Assembly: GCA_038126235.1 (NCBI GenBank)
Contig: JAYPFK010000011.1
Coordinates: 81,863 to 145,862 of the forward strand
Direction: 5' to 3'
Source of the DNA: Verrucomicrobiales bacterium
Lineage (GTDB): Bacteria > Verrucomicrobiota > Verrucomicrobiia > Limisphaerales > JAYPEY01
Length of the DNA: 64,000 nt
Part shown: piece by piece, positions 20,351 to 29,556 of the stretch
Layout of the letters: each line of letters opens with the position of its first letter
Position numbering within the stretch: the stretch's first letter is position 1
Made by a program: the position numbers and the translations under genes
The notes under the pieces: generated by a model
What the model saw: the letters and a program-made list of their open reading frames with translations, nothing else
Told to the model about the DNA's origin: nothing
Databases searched by the model: none

Positions 20351-22387
20351 ATGAAAGAAGAATTCGAGAAACTGGTCACCGCGGGAAAAATCAAGGCCGC
20401 CGATGTCGATGCGCTCGTGGCGCTGACGGAGGCGGGCTACTGCATGCACAAGAGCTGGGGGTTCGGTCGCATCACCACGGTGGACACGGTCTTCTCCCGC
20501 TTCACAATCGATTTTGACGGCAAGCCCGGCCACTCCATGGACCTCGGCTTCGGAGCCAAGTCGCTCAAGCCCATCCCCAAGGATCACGTCCTCGCCCGCA
20601 AGGCCTCCGATCTTTCCGGCCTCCAGCAGATGGCGGCCCTGAATCACCTCGATCTGATCAGGCTGGTGCTGCAGAGCTTCGGCGGCAAGGCCACGCTCGA
20701 CCAGGTCCAGGAAATCCTCGTCCCGGACGTCATCGCGGATGACTGGAAGAAGTGGTGGGAGACCGCCAAGCGCGAGATGAAGAAGGACGGGCACTACCAG
20801 CTTCCGCTCAAGAAATCCAACCCCATCGTCTTCCACGAGGAGGAGATCAGCCAGCAGACGCGGCTGATCCAAGAATTCAACGCCGCCAAGGGGCTCAAGG
20901 CGCGGATCCCGGTCGTAATCGAGCTGGAGAAGAGCGTCGGGGATCTGGACGACCCCAAGGCCGCGCCGACCGAGGTCATCACCGCCCTCAACACGGACAT
21001 CGCCAAACACGAACAGACCAAGCCTGCGCTGGCCCTGGAAGCCATCTACGCCCGCGACGACCTGGCCAAGGCCGCCGGTCTGCCGGCGCAGGAGGGCGAG
21101 GTGACGGTCGCCGCCATCTGGGCGCAGGATGGAAACCTCGACGAGCTGGTGAACCAGTTCCCCGCAGCCAAGATCCGCCGCGTCCTTGCCTCCTTCAAAG
21201 AGCATCACCCGGAGACCTGGGTTGAGCCGATCCTTCAACTGCTCAACGCCAATGCGACCAAGCTCACCGCTGAGTGCGCCCATCTCCTGATCCAGAACGA
21301 CAAGCTGGAGCAGCTCAAGGGCACCTTGGCCCAGCTCATCAACCAGCACACCGCCACCACCGAGACGCTCCTGTGGCTCGCGAAGGACCGCAACGACAGC
21401 TTCGCCGACATCCTTGGCCCCGAAGTCTTCCGCGCGATGATGGCGGCCATCGAGCACGACCAGTTCCAGGAGAAGCGCTCCGCCCGGCTCCCGGACTACA
21501 TCGTCGATGACCGCACCCTGCTGCTTGAACTGATCCAGTCTGCAGACATCGACGTCATCAAGGACCTGACCCGCGCCCTGAAGATGAGCCCGGCCTTCGG
21601 GGAGATGGACAAGAACTCCCTGCTCGCCCGCATCGTCAAAAAGTACCCGGCCGTGCAGTCGATCATCTCCAGCGGCTCGCCCAGGCAGGAGACCTCGCTC
21701 ATCGTCTCCTGGGAGAGCCTCAACCGGCGTAAGGCCGAATACGATGATCTCGTCCAGAAACAGATTCCGGAGAATGCAAAGGAACTCGCCATCGCGCGCA
21801 GCTACGGCGACCTCCGCGAAAACCACGAATACAAGGCCGCCAAGGAACGGCGCGCCTTCCTCAACGCCCGCAAGGCCGAGCTCGAGCGCGACCTTGACGC
21901 CGCGCAGGCGACCGATTTCGCCAACGCCGACACCAGCGCGGTGAACATCGGCACCGTGGCGCGCCTGACCGATCTCGACCAGAACGCGCCGGAGACCTTC
22001 ACCGTCCTCGGCGCCTGGGACGGCGATCCCGACAAGGGCCTCATCAGCTACCTGACTCCGCTCGGCCAGTCACTCGTCGGCGCCAAGGTGGGCGAAGAGA
22101 TCTCCTTCGAGGTTGGAGGACAACAGCGTCGCTATCGCGTGGAACAGATCGAAAAGTACGCAGCTCCATCAGCTCCCGCAGCTCCATCAGCTTCGGCTGC
22201 TCCGGCCACCGAGGAAGCCCCGGCCACCGAGGAAGCCCCGGCCACCGAGGAAGCTCCGGCCGCCGAGGAAGCTCCGGCTGCTGAGGAAGCTCCGGCCACC
22301 GAGGAAGCTCCGGCTGCTGAGGAAGCTCCGGCTGCTGAGGAAGCCCCCGCAGCCGAAGAAGAACGCCCTGAAGGGGCGGCGTCGTAA
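20351..22387 (+). CDS. GreA/GreB-family factor with ~470-aa N-terminal extension and acidic repeat tail
   Basis: Gre coiled-coil tip GDLRENHEYKAAKERRAFL and a C-terminal globular domain (VGTVARLTDL...LISYLTPLGQSLVGAKVGEEISFEV). A long unrelated N-terminal region precedes it. The tail carries 8 x EEAPA(T/A). Confidence 0.8.
   Translation: MKEEFEKLVTAGKIKAADVDALVALTEAGYCMHKSWGFGRITTVDTVFSRFTIDFDGKPGHSMDLGFGAKSLKPIPKDHVLARKASDLSGLQQMAALNHLDLIRLVLQSFGGKATLDQVQEILVPDVIADDWKKWWETAKREMKKDGHYQLPLKKSNPIVFHEEEISQQTRLIQEFNAAKGLKARIPVVIELEKSVGDLDDPKAAPTEVITALNTDIAKHEQTKPALALEAIYARDDLAKAAGLPAQEGEVTVAAIWAQDGNLDELVNQFPAAKIRRVLASFKEHHPETWVEPILQLLNANATKLTAECAHLLIQNDKLEQLKGTLAQLINQHTATTETLLWLAKDRNDSFADILGPEVFRAMMAAIEHDQFQEKRSARLPDYIVDDRTLLLELIQSADIDVIKDLTRALKMSPAFGEMDKNSLLARIVKKYPAVQSIISSGSPRQETSLIVSWESLNRRKAEYDDLVQKQIPENAKELAIARSYGDLRENHEYKAAKERRAFLNARKAELERDLDAAQATDFANADTSAVNIGTVARLTDLDQNAPETFTVLGAWDGDPDKGLISYLTPLGQSLVGAKVGEEISFEVGGQQRRYRVEQIEKYAAPSAPAAPSASAAPATEEAPATEEAPATEEAPAAEEAPAAEEAPATEEAPAAEEAPAAEEAPAAEEERPEGAAS
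22211..22354 (+). repeat. Tandem 18-bp coding repeat x8 (EEAPAT/EEAPAA)
   Basis: GAGGAAGC(C/T)CCGGC(C/T)(A/G)C(C/T) repeated head-to-tail 8 times inside the Gre-like gene. It is preceded by 2 x GCAGCTCCATCAGCT(C/T)C(C/G) at 22160-22195. Confidence 0.95.
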
Positions 22388-22413
22388 GAACAGTTTTCCA
22401 ATCCTCGCAAACG

Positions 22414-22447
22414 AGGTCCGCAGGCGGCAAACGTCTGCGGACCTTTT
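22414..22447. terminator. Bidirectional intrinsic terminator between convergent genes
   Basis: AGGTCCGCAG-GCGGCAAACGT-CTGCGGACCT followed by TTT. It sits 27 nt after the plus-strand stop (22387) and abuts the minus-strand stop (22446-22448). Confidence 0.7.
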
Positions 22448-23276
22448 AGGCGACAGTCCCGGCGACTTCCTCGAAGTAACGCCGGAACTCCGCTTCATCC
22501 TCGTTAAGCGCAACCATCCAGCACCAGTCCACGTAAACGAGACTGTATTCCGTCGTGAAGGCGGCCAGGCGCTGCGCGGCAAGGCCGGGATCCTTCGGCG
22601 AGGTCCGGACCGAGCAGCAGAGCGAGGTCGCTATATGTTTGGTCTGCAGGCCGAAGAACTTCATCCCCAAGTCCGATTCAAAGGCGAAGCTGCCCGCCGC
22701 GGGCCGCCGGCTCCCTCCGCAGCTGAATCCTTCCAGCTTCCGTTGGCAGCCCAATCCGTTCTGCGCCTTCTTCACCGGCAGCAAGGTGTCCCACAACGGC
22801 GCCGCGATCTCCTCGCGGAGGTGGATTTCACGAAACCCCGCGCCCTGCCGATGCTCGCGATAGACGCGCTCAATGGCATCCAGTTCCTTGCGGATGCCGG
22901 GAAGATGGGACATGGAGACAAACTCGATCTGCCGCCAGTCGTCCTCGTTGATCGTCAACAGCTTTGAGGGCGGGCATTCCCTGTCGCCCGGCCGCGGCGC
23001 GCCGGTGTCGATCGTCGGCAGGCTGAACAGCACCTTGCCCGGGTCCGCCAGTTCCAGTTCGCGCAGCTTCAGCGTGACCACGCCCTTCTTCGCGAACTCT
23101 TTCTTAAACGCCGGCCGAGCCTCGACGATTTCGTAACGCGTGTCCGCTATGGCGATCTCGCTCTCGGTGTCGAACACGTCCGGCAGGTCGTCCGCCGGAA
23201 CCTCGGACACACTCATCGGCTGGCCGGTGAGCGCGTTCACGAATTCGACGCGGATGTTGGAATTGGATTTCGGCAT
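22446..23276 (-). CDS. Hypothetical protein (no family recognised)
   Basis: 276-aa ORF with a non-repetitive, balanced amino-acid composition (MPKSNSNIRVEFVNALTGQPMSV...), unlike the Arg/Gly/Ala-rich shadow ORFs. ATG start, own terminator, and it fills the gap between flanking genes. Confidence 0.6.
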   Translation of the reverse strand: MPKSNSNIRVEFVNALTGQPMSVSEVPADDLPDVFDTESEIAIADTRYEIVEARPAFKKEFAKKGVVTLKLRELELADPGKVLFSLPTIDTGAPRPGDRECPPSKLLTINEDDWRQIEFVSMSHLPGIRKELDAIERVYREHRQGAGFREIHLREEIAAPLWDTLLPVKKAQNGLGCQRKLEGFSCGGSRRPAAGSFAFESDLGMKFFGLQTKHIATSLCCSVRTSPKDPGLAAQRLAAFTTEYSLVYVDWCWMVALNEDEAEFRRYFEEVAGTVA

Positions 23277-23397
23277 GTTGGCGGAAATGTGTCCGAGCGC
23301 GCAGTGTGTGAGACATCCCTCCCGATGTAAACATAGTCGGCGTGTTTTTGACCATAAACGCCAGGCTGGAAATCAAGGCGGGGCCAATGGCCCCAGC

Positions 23398-23448
23398 AAG
23401 GTAGGGCAAACTGTCCCCAGTGAGCCGACGTGAGCATGTCCCGGCGCG
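23398..23448. repeat. Family-3 repeat (GGTAGGGC.AA.TGTCC.CA.TGAGCC core), copy 1
   Basis: AAGGTAGGGCAAACTGTCCCCAGTGAGCCGACGTGAGCATGTCCCGGCGCG. Related copies at 52536-52612 and 57658-57716. Confidence 0.75.
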
Positions 23449-23493
23449 TTTTGACTTGGTCGAGGCGCCGCTTTGGGCCATGAATCTCCGCGC

Positions 23494-24783
23494 ATGAAAA
23501 TCCTCCTCATCGGCGGCGGCGGGCGCGAGCACGCCATGGCATGGAAACTGGCGCAGTCGGAGCGCGTTGAGAAGATGTGGTGCGCGCCGGGCAACGCCGG
23601 CATCGCGGGCGAAAAACTGGCGAAGAACGACGCCCCCGTCGAATGCGTCGGCATCGGCGCGGAGGAACTCCCCAAACTGCTGCTGTTCGCCCAGGAACAG
23701 GGCGTCGATCTGACCGTGGTGGGGCCGGACAACCCGCTGGGCATGGGCATCGTGGACATGTTCCAGGCCAACGGGATGCGCATCTGGGGGCCAAACCAGA
23801 AGGCCGCGCAGTTCGAGTCGTCCAAGGTCTTCAGCCAGGACTTCATGGAGCGTCACGGCATCCCGACCGCAAAGTCCGGGACCTTCTCCTGCCCGGACGC
23901 CGCCAAATCCTTCGCCGCGACGGTGCGCGGACGTTGCGCCGTGAAGGCGGACGGACTCGCCCTGGGCAAGGGCGTGCTGATCTGCCTGTCCGAGGAGGAG
24001 GCCAACATCGCCATTGACCAGATCATGGTCGCCAAGGCCTTCGGCGACGCCGGCGAGCACATCGTCATCCAGGAGTTCCTCGAAGGAACGGAAGTCTCAC
24101 TGCACGCCCTCTGCGACGGGAAAACCACCCGTCTTTTTCCGACCTCGCAGGACCACAAGCGCGCCCTGGACGGCGACGAGGGACTGAACACCGGCGGCAT
24201 GGGTACGTATTCGCCGGCGCCATTCCTGAGCGACGCGGAACTTGGGAAGGTCGCCGACAGCATCCTCGATCCTTGGCTCAAGGGCTGCCAGGCGGAGGGC
24301 ATCGATTTCCGCGGGATGATCTACCCCGGCGTGATGTTGACGCAGGACGGCCCCAAGGTGCTTGAGTTCAACGCGCGCTTCGGCGATCCGGAAACCCAAG
24401 TCTACCTGATGCGGTTGGAGAACGACCTGATCGATCTCTTCGAGGCCTGTGTGGACGGGACGCTGGACCGACACACGCTTTCCTGGAGCCCGAAATCCGC
24501 CGTCTGCGTGGTCATGGCTTCGGGCGGATATCCTGAAGAGTACGAGAAGGGCAAGCCGATCTCCGGCATCGCCGACGCCGACGCCATGGCAGGCGTGAAG
24601 GTGTTTCACGCCGGAACAAAGCTGTCCGACGGGGAGGTCGTCACCAGCGGCGGACGGGTTCTCGGAGTCACGGCCTTGGGCGACGATCTGGCGTCGGCCC
24701 GCGCGCAAGCCTACGCGGCGGTCGAAAAAATCGGCTTTGAGGGCGCCCACAAGCGAACGGACATCGGGGCAAAAGCACTCTGA
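23494..24783 (+). CDS. purD: Phosphoribosylamine--glycine ligase
   Basis: MKILLIGGGGREHAMAWKL N-terminus, ATP-grasp core, and C-terminal SGGRVLGVTA...AY typical of PurD. ATG 23494 preferred over the TTG at 23473. Confidence 0.93.
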   Translation: MKILLIGGGGREHAMAWKLAQSERVEKMWCAPGNAGIAGEKLAKNDAPVECVGIGAEELPKLLLFAQEQGVDLTVVGPDNPLGMGIVDMFQANGMRIWGPNQKAAQFESSKVFSQDFMERHGIPTAKSGTFSCPDAAKSFAATVRGRCAVKADGLALGKGVLICLSEEEANIAIDQIMVAKAFGDAGEHIVIQEFLEGTEVSLHALCDGKTTRLFPTSQDHKRALDGDEGLNTGGMGTYSPAPFLSDAELGKVADSILDPWLKGCQAEGIDFRGMIYPGVMLTQDGPKVLEFNARFGDPETQVYLMRLENDLIDLFEACVDGTLDRHTLSWSPKSAVCVVMASGGYPEEYEKGKPISGIADADAMAGVKVFHAGTKLSDGEVVTSGGRVLGVTALGDDLASARAQAYAAVEKIGFEGAHKRTDIGAKAL

Positions 24784-24867
24784 ACCCGTCCAACAATTCG
24801 TTTTCCAGGCATTGCATTCGCCCCTGTCCACGGCTAGGGTGCGTCACAACTCGAAAACGTGAATCTC

Positions 24868-25947
24868 ATGCGGTCACGTCTATTATTGTTGATTTTTGCC
24901 CATTTGGCGGTGGTTTTAACCACCGCCGGTGCGGCGGACTTTTCCGAGCCCGCCCCGGATCCGCCCGCCCTTGAGCCGATGCCCGGCTTGGACGAGGTGC
25001 GCGGGATCCTGCTGACCAACCTGACCAAGACCACCTCGACCGAACTGGATCGCGCCGCGGTGAAGGGGATCCTGAACGAATTGGAAGGGAGGATCGAATT
25101 GGTGGAAGCCCCGAAGCCCAAAGCCCCGGGCAAGTTCGTTCCCCTGATCGCCAAGACCGCGGTCCATGACAAGAACTACGGCTACATCCGCGTAAACCGG
25201 GTGGAAAAGGGACTCGCCGCCGCTTTCGACCATGCCTTTTCGGAACTGGAGTTTGACGGGAAGGCCGAGGGGCTGATCCTCGATCTTCGGTTTGCCCGGG
25301 GCGTGGCCTATGCGGAAGCCGCGCGCTTCGTGGACCGGTTCCTCGAAAAGGAACGCAAGCTGTTGACGATCGGCGCGGAGACCATCCGCTCCACCGCGAA
25401 GACCAATGCGATCAAGGTCCCGGTGGCCGCGTTGATCAACGCCAAGACCTCAGGCGCCGCGGAGGCCCTGGCCGCCATGATGCGGCGGGCAAACGTCGGC
25501 CTGCTGGTCGGGTCGGACACGGCCGGCGGCGTGAGCCAGTTTCGGGAGTTTCCCCTGAGCACCGGACAGCGCCTCAGGGTCGCCACGGGCCCCCTACTGT
25601 TCGGCGAAGGCGAAACCCTGATCGACGATGCGGTGCAGCCGGACATCGAGGTCGTAACCCCGCTGCCCGACGAAACGGCCTATCTGGCGGACGCCTTTCG
25701 CGACCCGCCCGGATACGCGGATGACATCGAACGGGAACTGGGCCCCGATCCCTTTCGTCCGCTCAGCGAGGCGGATCTGGTGCGACGTCACAACCAGGAA
25801 TTCGGATTCAACGAGGGCTCCGTCGAAGCTCCGGTCGCGCCGGCGCCGGCGCCGGAGGAGAAGACGGAGATCCGCGACCCCGCCCTGAGCCGGGCCCTGG
25901 ATGTTCTCAAGGCGCTGGCCGTGGTGCGGCAGATCACGCCGTTCTGA
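24868..25947 (+). CDS. S41 (C-terminal processing) peptidase-like protein, catalytic motifs apparently degenerate
   Basis: Signal peptide. Motifs [37 protein letters not shown] and [10 protein letters not shown] resemble CtpA-type S41 domains, but the NPGG, Ser and Lys motifs are substituted. Start at ATG 24868 or GTG 24859. Confidence 0.6.
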   Translation: MRSRLLLLIFAHLAVVLTTAGAADFSEPAPDPPALEPMPGLDEVRGILLTNLTKTTSTELDRAAVKGILNELEGRIELVEAPKPKAPGKFVPLIAKTAVHDKNYGYIRVNRVEKGLAAAFDHAFSELEFDGKAEGLILDLRFARGVAYAEAARFVDRFLEKERKLLTIGAETIRSTAKTNAIKVPVAALINAKTSGAAEALAAMMRRANVGLLVGSDTAGGVSQFREFPLSTGQRLRVATGPLLFGEGETLIDDAVQPDIEVVTPLPDETAYLADAFRDPPGYADDIERELGPDPFRPLSEADLVRRHNQEFGFNEGSVEAPVAPAPAPEEKTEIRDPALSRALDVLKALAVVRQITPF

Positions 25948-26065
25948 GGGCGTGGACACCGAGGGAGGCGCGTCAACGGCGTCGACCCGCCACTTTTCCG
26001 GGATCTGGACCTCCGGCCTTCTCCGCTCGACTCGCGTCGCCCACCCGCCTATTTTCAGCCGCTTC

Positions 26066-26857
26066 ATGTCTTTGACGAACAGACCATTGACCATTGCCGG
26101 ACGTGAGTTTCGTTCACGGCTCATCCTTGGCACCGGCAAGTTCTCCTCCAACGAGGCAATGCGCGACGCCATCGCAGCCTCGGGGACGGAGATGGTCACG
26201 GTCGCCCTGCGCCGCGCCGACCTCAGCGGCGGCAACGACCCATTCGCCAACATCCTCGACTTCATCGACCGCGAGAAATACCTGCTTCTTCCCAACACCA
26301 GCGGGGCCATGAACGCGGAGGAAGCCGTTCGTCTCGCGCGACTGGCGGTCGCCGCGGGCCTGCCCAAATGGGTGAAGCTGGAGATCCATCCGGACCCGCG
26401 CTACCTGCTGCCCGATCCGGTCGAGACGCTCAAGGCCGCCGAGACTCTCGCGGGAGAAGGCTTCACCGTGTTGCCCTACATCAACGCCGACCCCGTGCTG
26501 GCCAAACGGCTGCAGGAGGTGGGCGTGGCGACCGTCATGCCGCTCGGCTCGCCCATCGGCTCCAACCGCGGCATTCAGACCCGCGACCAGATCCGCATCA
26601 TCATCGAACAGGCGACCGTGCCCGTCGTGGTGGACGCCGGCATCGGCGCGCCCAGCCACGCCGCGGAGGCCATGGAACTCGGAGCCGACGCCGTTCTGGT
26701 CAATACGGCCATCGCCGTCGCCGGCGACCCGGACCGCATGGCCGAGGCCTTCCGGGCGGCCGTCGAGGCGGGGCGCGCCGCCTACGAAATCGGTTTGGGA
26801 GAACAGCTTTCCACCGCCAGCGCGACCAGTCCGCTCACCGCCTTTCTCGACGCATGA
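26066..26857 (+). CDS. thiG: Thiazole synthase
   Basis: Motifs [16 protein letters not shown] and [14 protein letters not shown]...VVVDAGIG. Length is about 263 aa. Confidence 0.93.
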   Translation: MSLTNRPLTIAGREFRSRLILGTGKFSSNEAMRDAIAASGTEMVTVALRRADLSGGNDPFANILDFIDREKYLLLPNTSGAMNAEEAVRLARLAVAAGLPKWVKLEIHPDPRYLLPDPVETLKAAETLAGEGFTVLPYINADPVLAKRLQEVGVATVMPLGSPIGSNRGIQTRDQIRIIIEQATVPVVVDAGIGAPSHAAEAMELGADAVLVNTAIAVAGDPDRMAEAFRAAVEAGRAAYEIGLGEQLSTASATSPLTAFLDA

Positions 26858-27870
26858 AAACCCTCCCCCGCAAACGCGTCCAGGACCTGCTCGCCAAAGC
26901 CGCGGACCGGCGCGTTCTCGTGGTTGGCGACGCCATGGTCGACCAGTTCATCTGGGGCCGCGTGGATCGCATTTCGCCCGAGGCGCCAGTGCCGGTCGTC
27001 CAGGTCGTGCGCGAGAGCTTCATGCCCGGCGGCGCCGCGAACGTTGCCCGCAACCTCACCTCCCTGGGCGTCGGCGCGGAGTTTCTCGGCGTCGTGGGCA
27101 AGGACGACGGGGCCCGGCAACTCAAGGAGCTTCTCTCCGAGGACAAGGTCGCCTCGCGAGGACTGATCCAGAGCCCCGGACGCAGCACGACCAAGAAGAT
27201 CCGGGTCATCGCGCACACCCAGCAGGTCGCCCGCGTGGATCGCGAGACCCCGCATCCGATCGCGCCGGAGACGGAAAAGCGCCTTGTCGCCGCCATCAAG
27301 CGGCGCCTGCCCGAGGTGGACGCCGTCATCGTGGGGGATTACTGCAAAGGCGTCGTCACTCAGTCGCTGCTGGACGAACTGAAGAGGCTCTGCCGCGCGC
27401 GCGGGATCTGGCTGAGCATGGATCCCAAGCCCTTCCACCGGCTCGATCTCACCGGTCTCTCGCTGATCACGCCCAACCGCAAGGAAGCCTTCGCCCTGGC
27501 CGGGATCGAGGACGATACCCACGGCAAAGCCGCCCCCTTCGACGACGCGCCCCTGATGTGCGCCGTGGAGAAACTGCTGACGGAGCTCAAGCCCGCCCTG
27601 CTGCTGATCACCCTGGGCGATCACGGCATGCTGCTCTGCCAGCGGCACGGCCGCCCCTACCACATCCCCACCATGGCGCAGGAGACCTTCGACGTATCCG
27701 GCGCCGGCGACACGGTGATCGCCTCCTTCACCGCCGCCGTCATCGCCGAGGCTTCCCCCGTCGAGGCGGCGATCTTCTCCAACCACGCGGCAGGCATCGT
27801 CGTCGGCAAGGTCGGCACCGCGACGGTCACACCCGAGGAACTGCTCGCCGATTTCGGGAAGCGCGGATGA
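26854..27870 (+). CDS. rfaE1: D-glycero-beta-D-manno-heptose-7-phosphate kinase (RfaE domain I, PfkB family)
   Basis: Motifs [29 protein letters not shown] and the PfkB motif [11 protein letters not shown]. The ATG overlaps the thiG stop (ATGA at 26854-26857). Confidence 0.88.
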   Translation: MKTLPRKRVQDLLAKAADRRVLVVGDAMVDQFIWGRVDRISPEAPVPVVQVVRESFMPGGAANVARNLTSLGVGAEFLGVVGKDDGARQLKELLSEDKVASRGLIQSPGRSTTKKIRVIAHTQQVARVDRETPHPIAPETEKRLVAAIKRRLPEVDAVIVGDYCKGVVTQSLLDELKRLCRARGIWLSMDPKPFHRLDLTGLSLITPNRKEAFALAGIEDDTHGKAAPFDDAPLMCAVEKLLTELKPALLLITLGDHGMLLCQRHGRPYHIPTMAQETFDVSGAGDTVIASFTAAVIAEASPVEAAIFSNHAAGIVVGKVGTATVTPEELLADFGKRG

Positions 27871-28433
27871 GGCCCGCTGTCTTTCTCGATCGCGACGGCA
27901 CGTTGATCGACGAGAAGAAATATCTCGCCGATCCGGACCTGGTCTCGATCGTGCCCGGAACCGCCGAGGCTTTGCGCGAATTGTCTGCAGCCGGATTTCT
28001 GCTGTTCATCGTGACCAACCAGTCCGGCATCGGACGCGGCTACTACACCCTCGATGACATGCACGCCGTGAACGCCCGCGTCGCCTCACTGTTTGCCGGA
28101 CGCGACGTGCAATTCGAGCGGGTCTATTTCGCGCCGGAAGCTCCCGAGCAGCCCAGCCGCGGACGCAAACCCTCGCCGCAGTTCCTCTTCGACGCCCGCG
28201 ATGAATTCGACGTCGATCTCGCGCGCAGCTACATGATCGGCGACAAGCCGGCGGACCTCGAATGCGGTTGGAACGCCGGCGTCTGCCGGAGCTTCCTCGT
28301 CCGCACCGGCTACGGCGCCGAATGGGAAGGCAAACTCGGCGAAGAAGCGAATCGAGCCGTGATCGTGGACGATATCGCCGCCGCCGCGCGCTGGATCCTC
28401 GACCATGCGCGGGACCCCGCTTCCCGCGCTTGA
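27867..28433 (+). CDS. gmhB: D,D-heptose 1,7-bisphosphate phosphatase (HAD-IIIA)
   Basis: Motifs VFLDRDGTLI, IVTNQSGIGRGY and MIGDKPADLECG. The ATG overlaps the previous stop (ATGA at 27867-27870). Confidence 0.88.
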   Translation: MRPAVFLDRDGTLIDEKKYLADPDLVSIVPGTAEALRELSAAGFLLFIVTNQSGIGRGYYTLDDMHAVNARVASLFAGRDVQFERVYFAPEAPEQPSRGRKPSPQFLFDARDEFDVDLARSYMIGDKPADLECGWNAGVCRSFLVRTGYGAEWEGKLGEEANRAVIVDDIAAAARWILDHARDPASRA

Positions 28434-28466
28434 CGGGACTCCCCTCGCTTTCCACCCTCCGCCGCA

Positions 28467-29510
28467 GTGTCGGCGCTGAATGTCGAATTCCATCGCGGCG
28501 CTCCATTCCTGCCGGAACTGGGGTTGTGGCTGGACGCCCGCGACGCGAAGCGCGAGGGCGCGCGGGTCCTTGTCAGCCACGCCCACGCCGACCACCTGGG
28601 ACGCCATCGCGAGGTCATCCTCACCGAACCGACGCATCTCCTGATGAACGTCCGGGTCGGCGGCGGCCGGCTGGCGCACGTGTTGGACTACGGCCAACCC
28701 GCCCCCTTCGAGCACAACGGACGCGAGTTCCGGATCACGCTCCAGCCCGCCGGCCACATCCTCGGCAGCGCGATGGCCCTGATTGAATGCGACGGCGAAG
28801 CGCTGCTCTACACCGGCGACTTCAAGCTCAACGCCGGTTTTGCCGCCGAAGCCTGCCAACCCGTCCCGGCCGACACGCTCATCATGGAGACCACCTTCGG
28901 CCGGCCCGCGTTCCGCTTTCCGCCCGCCAGCGAAACCATGGAGGAAATCGCGAAATTCTGCCGCAAAACACTGAAAAAGGGCGAAACGCCCGCCCTGCTC
29001 GCCTACTCGCTGGGCAAGAGCCAGGAACTGTTGGTCGGGCTGAAGGATCAGGACTTCCAGTTTGTCGTGCATCCCGCTGTGCACGAGATAAACGAGGTCT
29101 ACCGCGCCTGCGGCGTCGTGTTTCCCCGCTACGCACAGATCGGCGACCGACGCATCGACGGCCGCGTCCTGATCTGCCCCTCCTCCGCCAAGCTCCCGGT
29201 CAACATCAGCTCCGACGACCGTTTGAAGAAGGCGGTCGTCTCCGGCTGGGCCATTGAGCGAAGCTGCAAATACCGGCACAAGGCCGACGCCGCCTTCCCC
29301 CTGAGCGACCATTCGGATTTCGATGAACTGGTTGAATTCGTGCGCCGCGTGAATCCCCAACGCGTCTGCACCATGCACGGCTTCGCCTCGGATTTCGCCT
29401 GGACCCTGCGCGACCTCGGTTTCAACGCCCGGGCCATCAGCGAACCCGAGCAGATGACGCTGGCGCTGCCTGGCGCCTTGAACGGCTTTGACGAACCAGG
29501 CGAGGACTGA
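28467..29510 (+). CDS. MBL-fold metallo-hydrolase, beta-CASP-like nuclease
   Basis: HxHxDH motif (SHAHADHLG). Motifs LYTGDFK and the C-terminal DHSDFDELVEFVRRVNPQRVCTMHG. GTG start at 28467. Confidence 0.8.
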   Translation: MSALNVEFHRGAPFLPELGLWLDARDAKREGARVLVSHAHADHLGRHREVILTEPTHLLMNVRVGGGRLAHVLDYGQPAPFEHNGREFRITLQPAGHILGSAMALIECDGEALLYTGDFKLNAGFAAEACQPVPADTLIMETTFGRPAFRFPPASETMEEIAKFCRKTLKKGETPALLAYSLGKSQELLVGLKDQDFQFVVHPAVHEINEVYRACGVVFPRYAQIGDRRIDGRVLICPSSAKLPVNISSDDRLKKAVVSGWAIERSCKYRHKADAAFPLSDHSDFDELVEFVRRVNPQRVCTMHGFASDFAWTLRDLGFNARAISEPEQMTLALPGALNGFDEPGED

Positions 29511-29556
29511 ATCTTTCCTTGTTCGCCGTCGTCCGGAAGGTAAACAATCCCCGCTC

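Noticed and set aside
22160-22362. Regularly spaced short repeats that could be mistaken for a CRISPR array.
   Set aside because: The units are 18 bp, head-to-tail with no spacers, in frame, and encode EEAPA(T/A) inside the Gre-like ORF. This is a coding tandem repeat.
25948-26065. Possible TPP (THI-box) riboswitch upstream of thiG.
   Set aside because: The 3' half (GACCC...CCGGGAUCUGGACCUCCGG) loosely resembles the ACCC...CCUGAUCUGGAUAAUGCCAG pyrophosphate-sensor helix. However, the invariant CUGAGA element and a P2/P3 arrangement in the right order are missing. An Rfam RF00059 covariance-model scan would be decisive.
28467-29510. Specific label 'ligase-associated DNA damage response exonuclease' for the MBL/beta-CASP protein.
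   Set aside because: The sequence pattern is compatible, but the diagnostic neighbours (ATP-dependent DNA ligase, Lhr-like helicase, PdeM phosphoesterase) are absent from the window. I kept the generic call.
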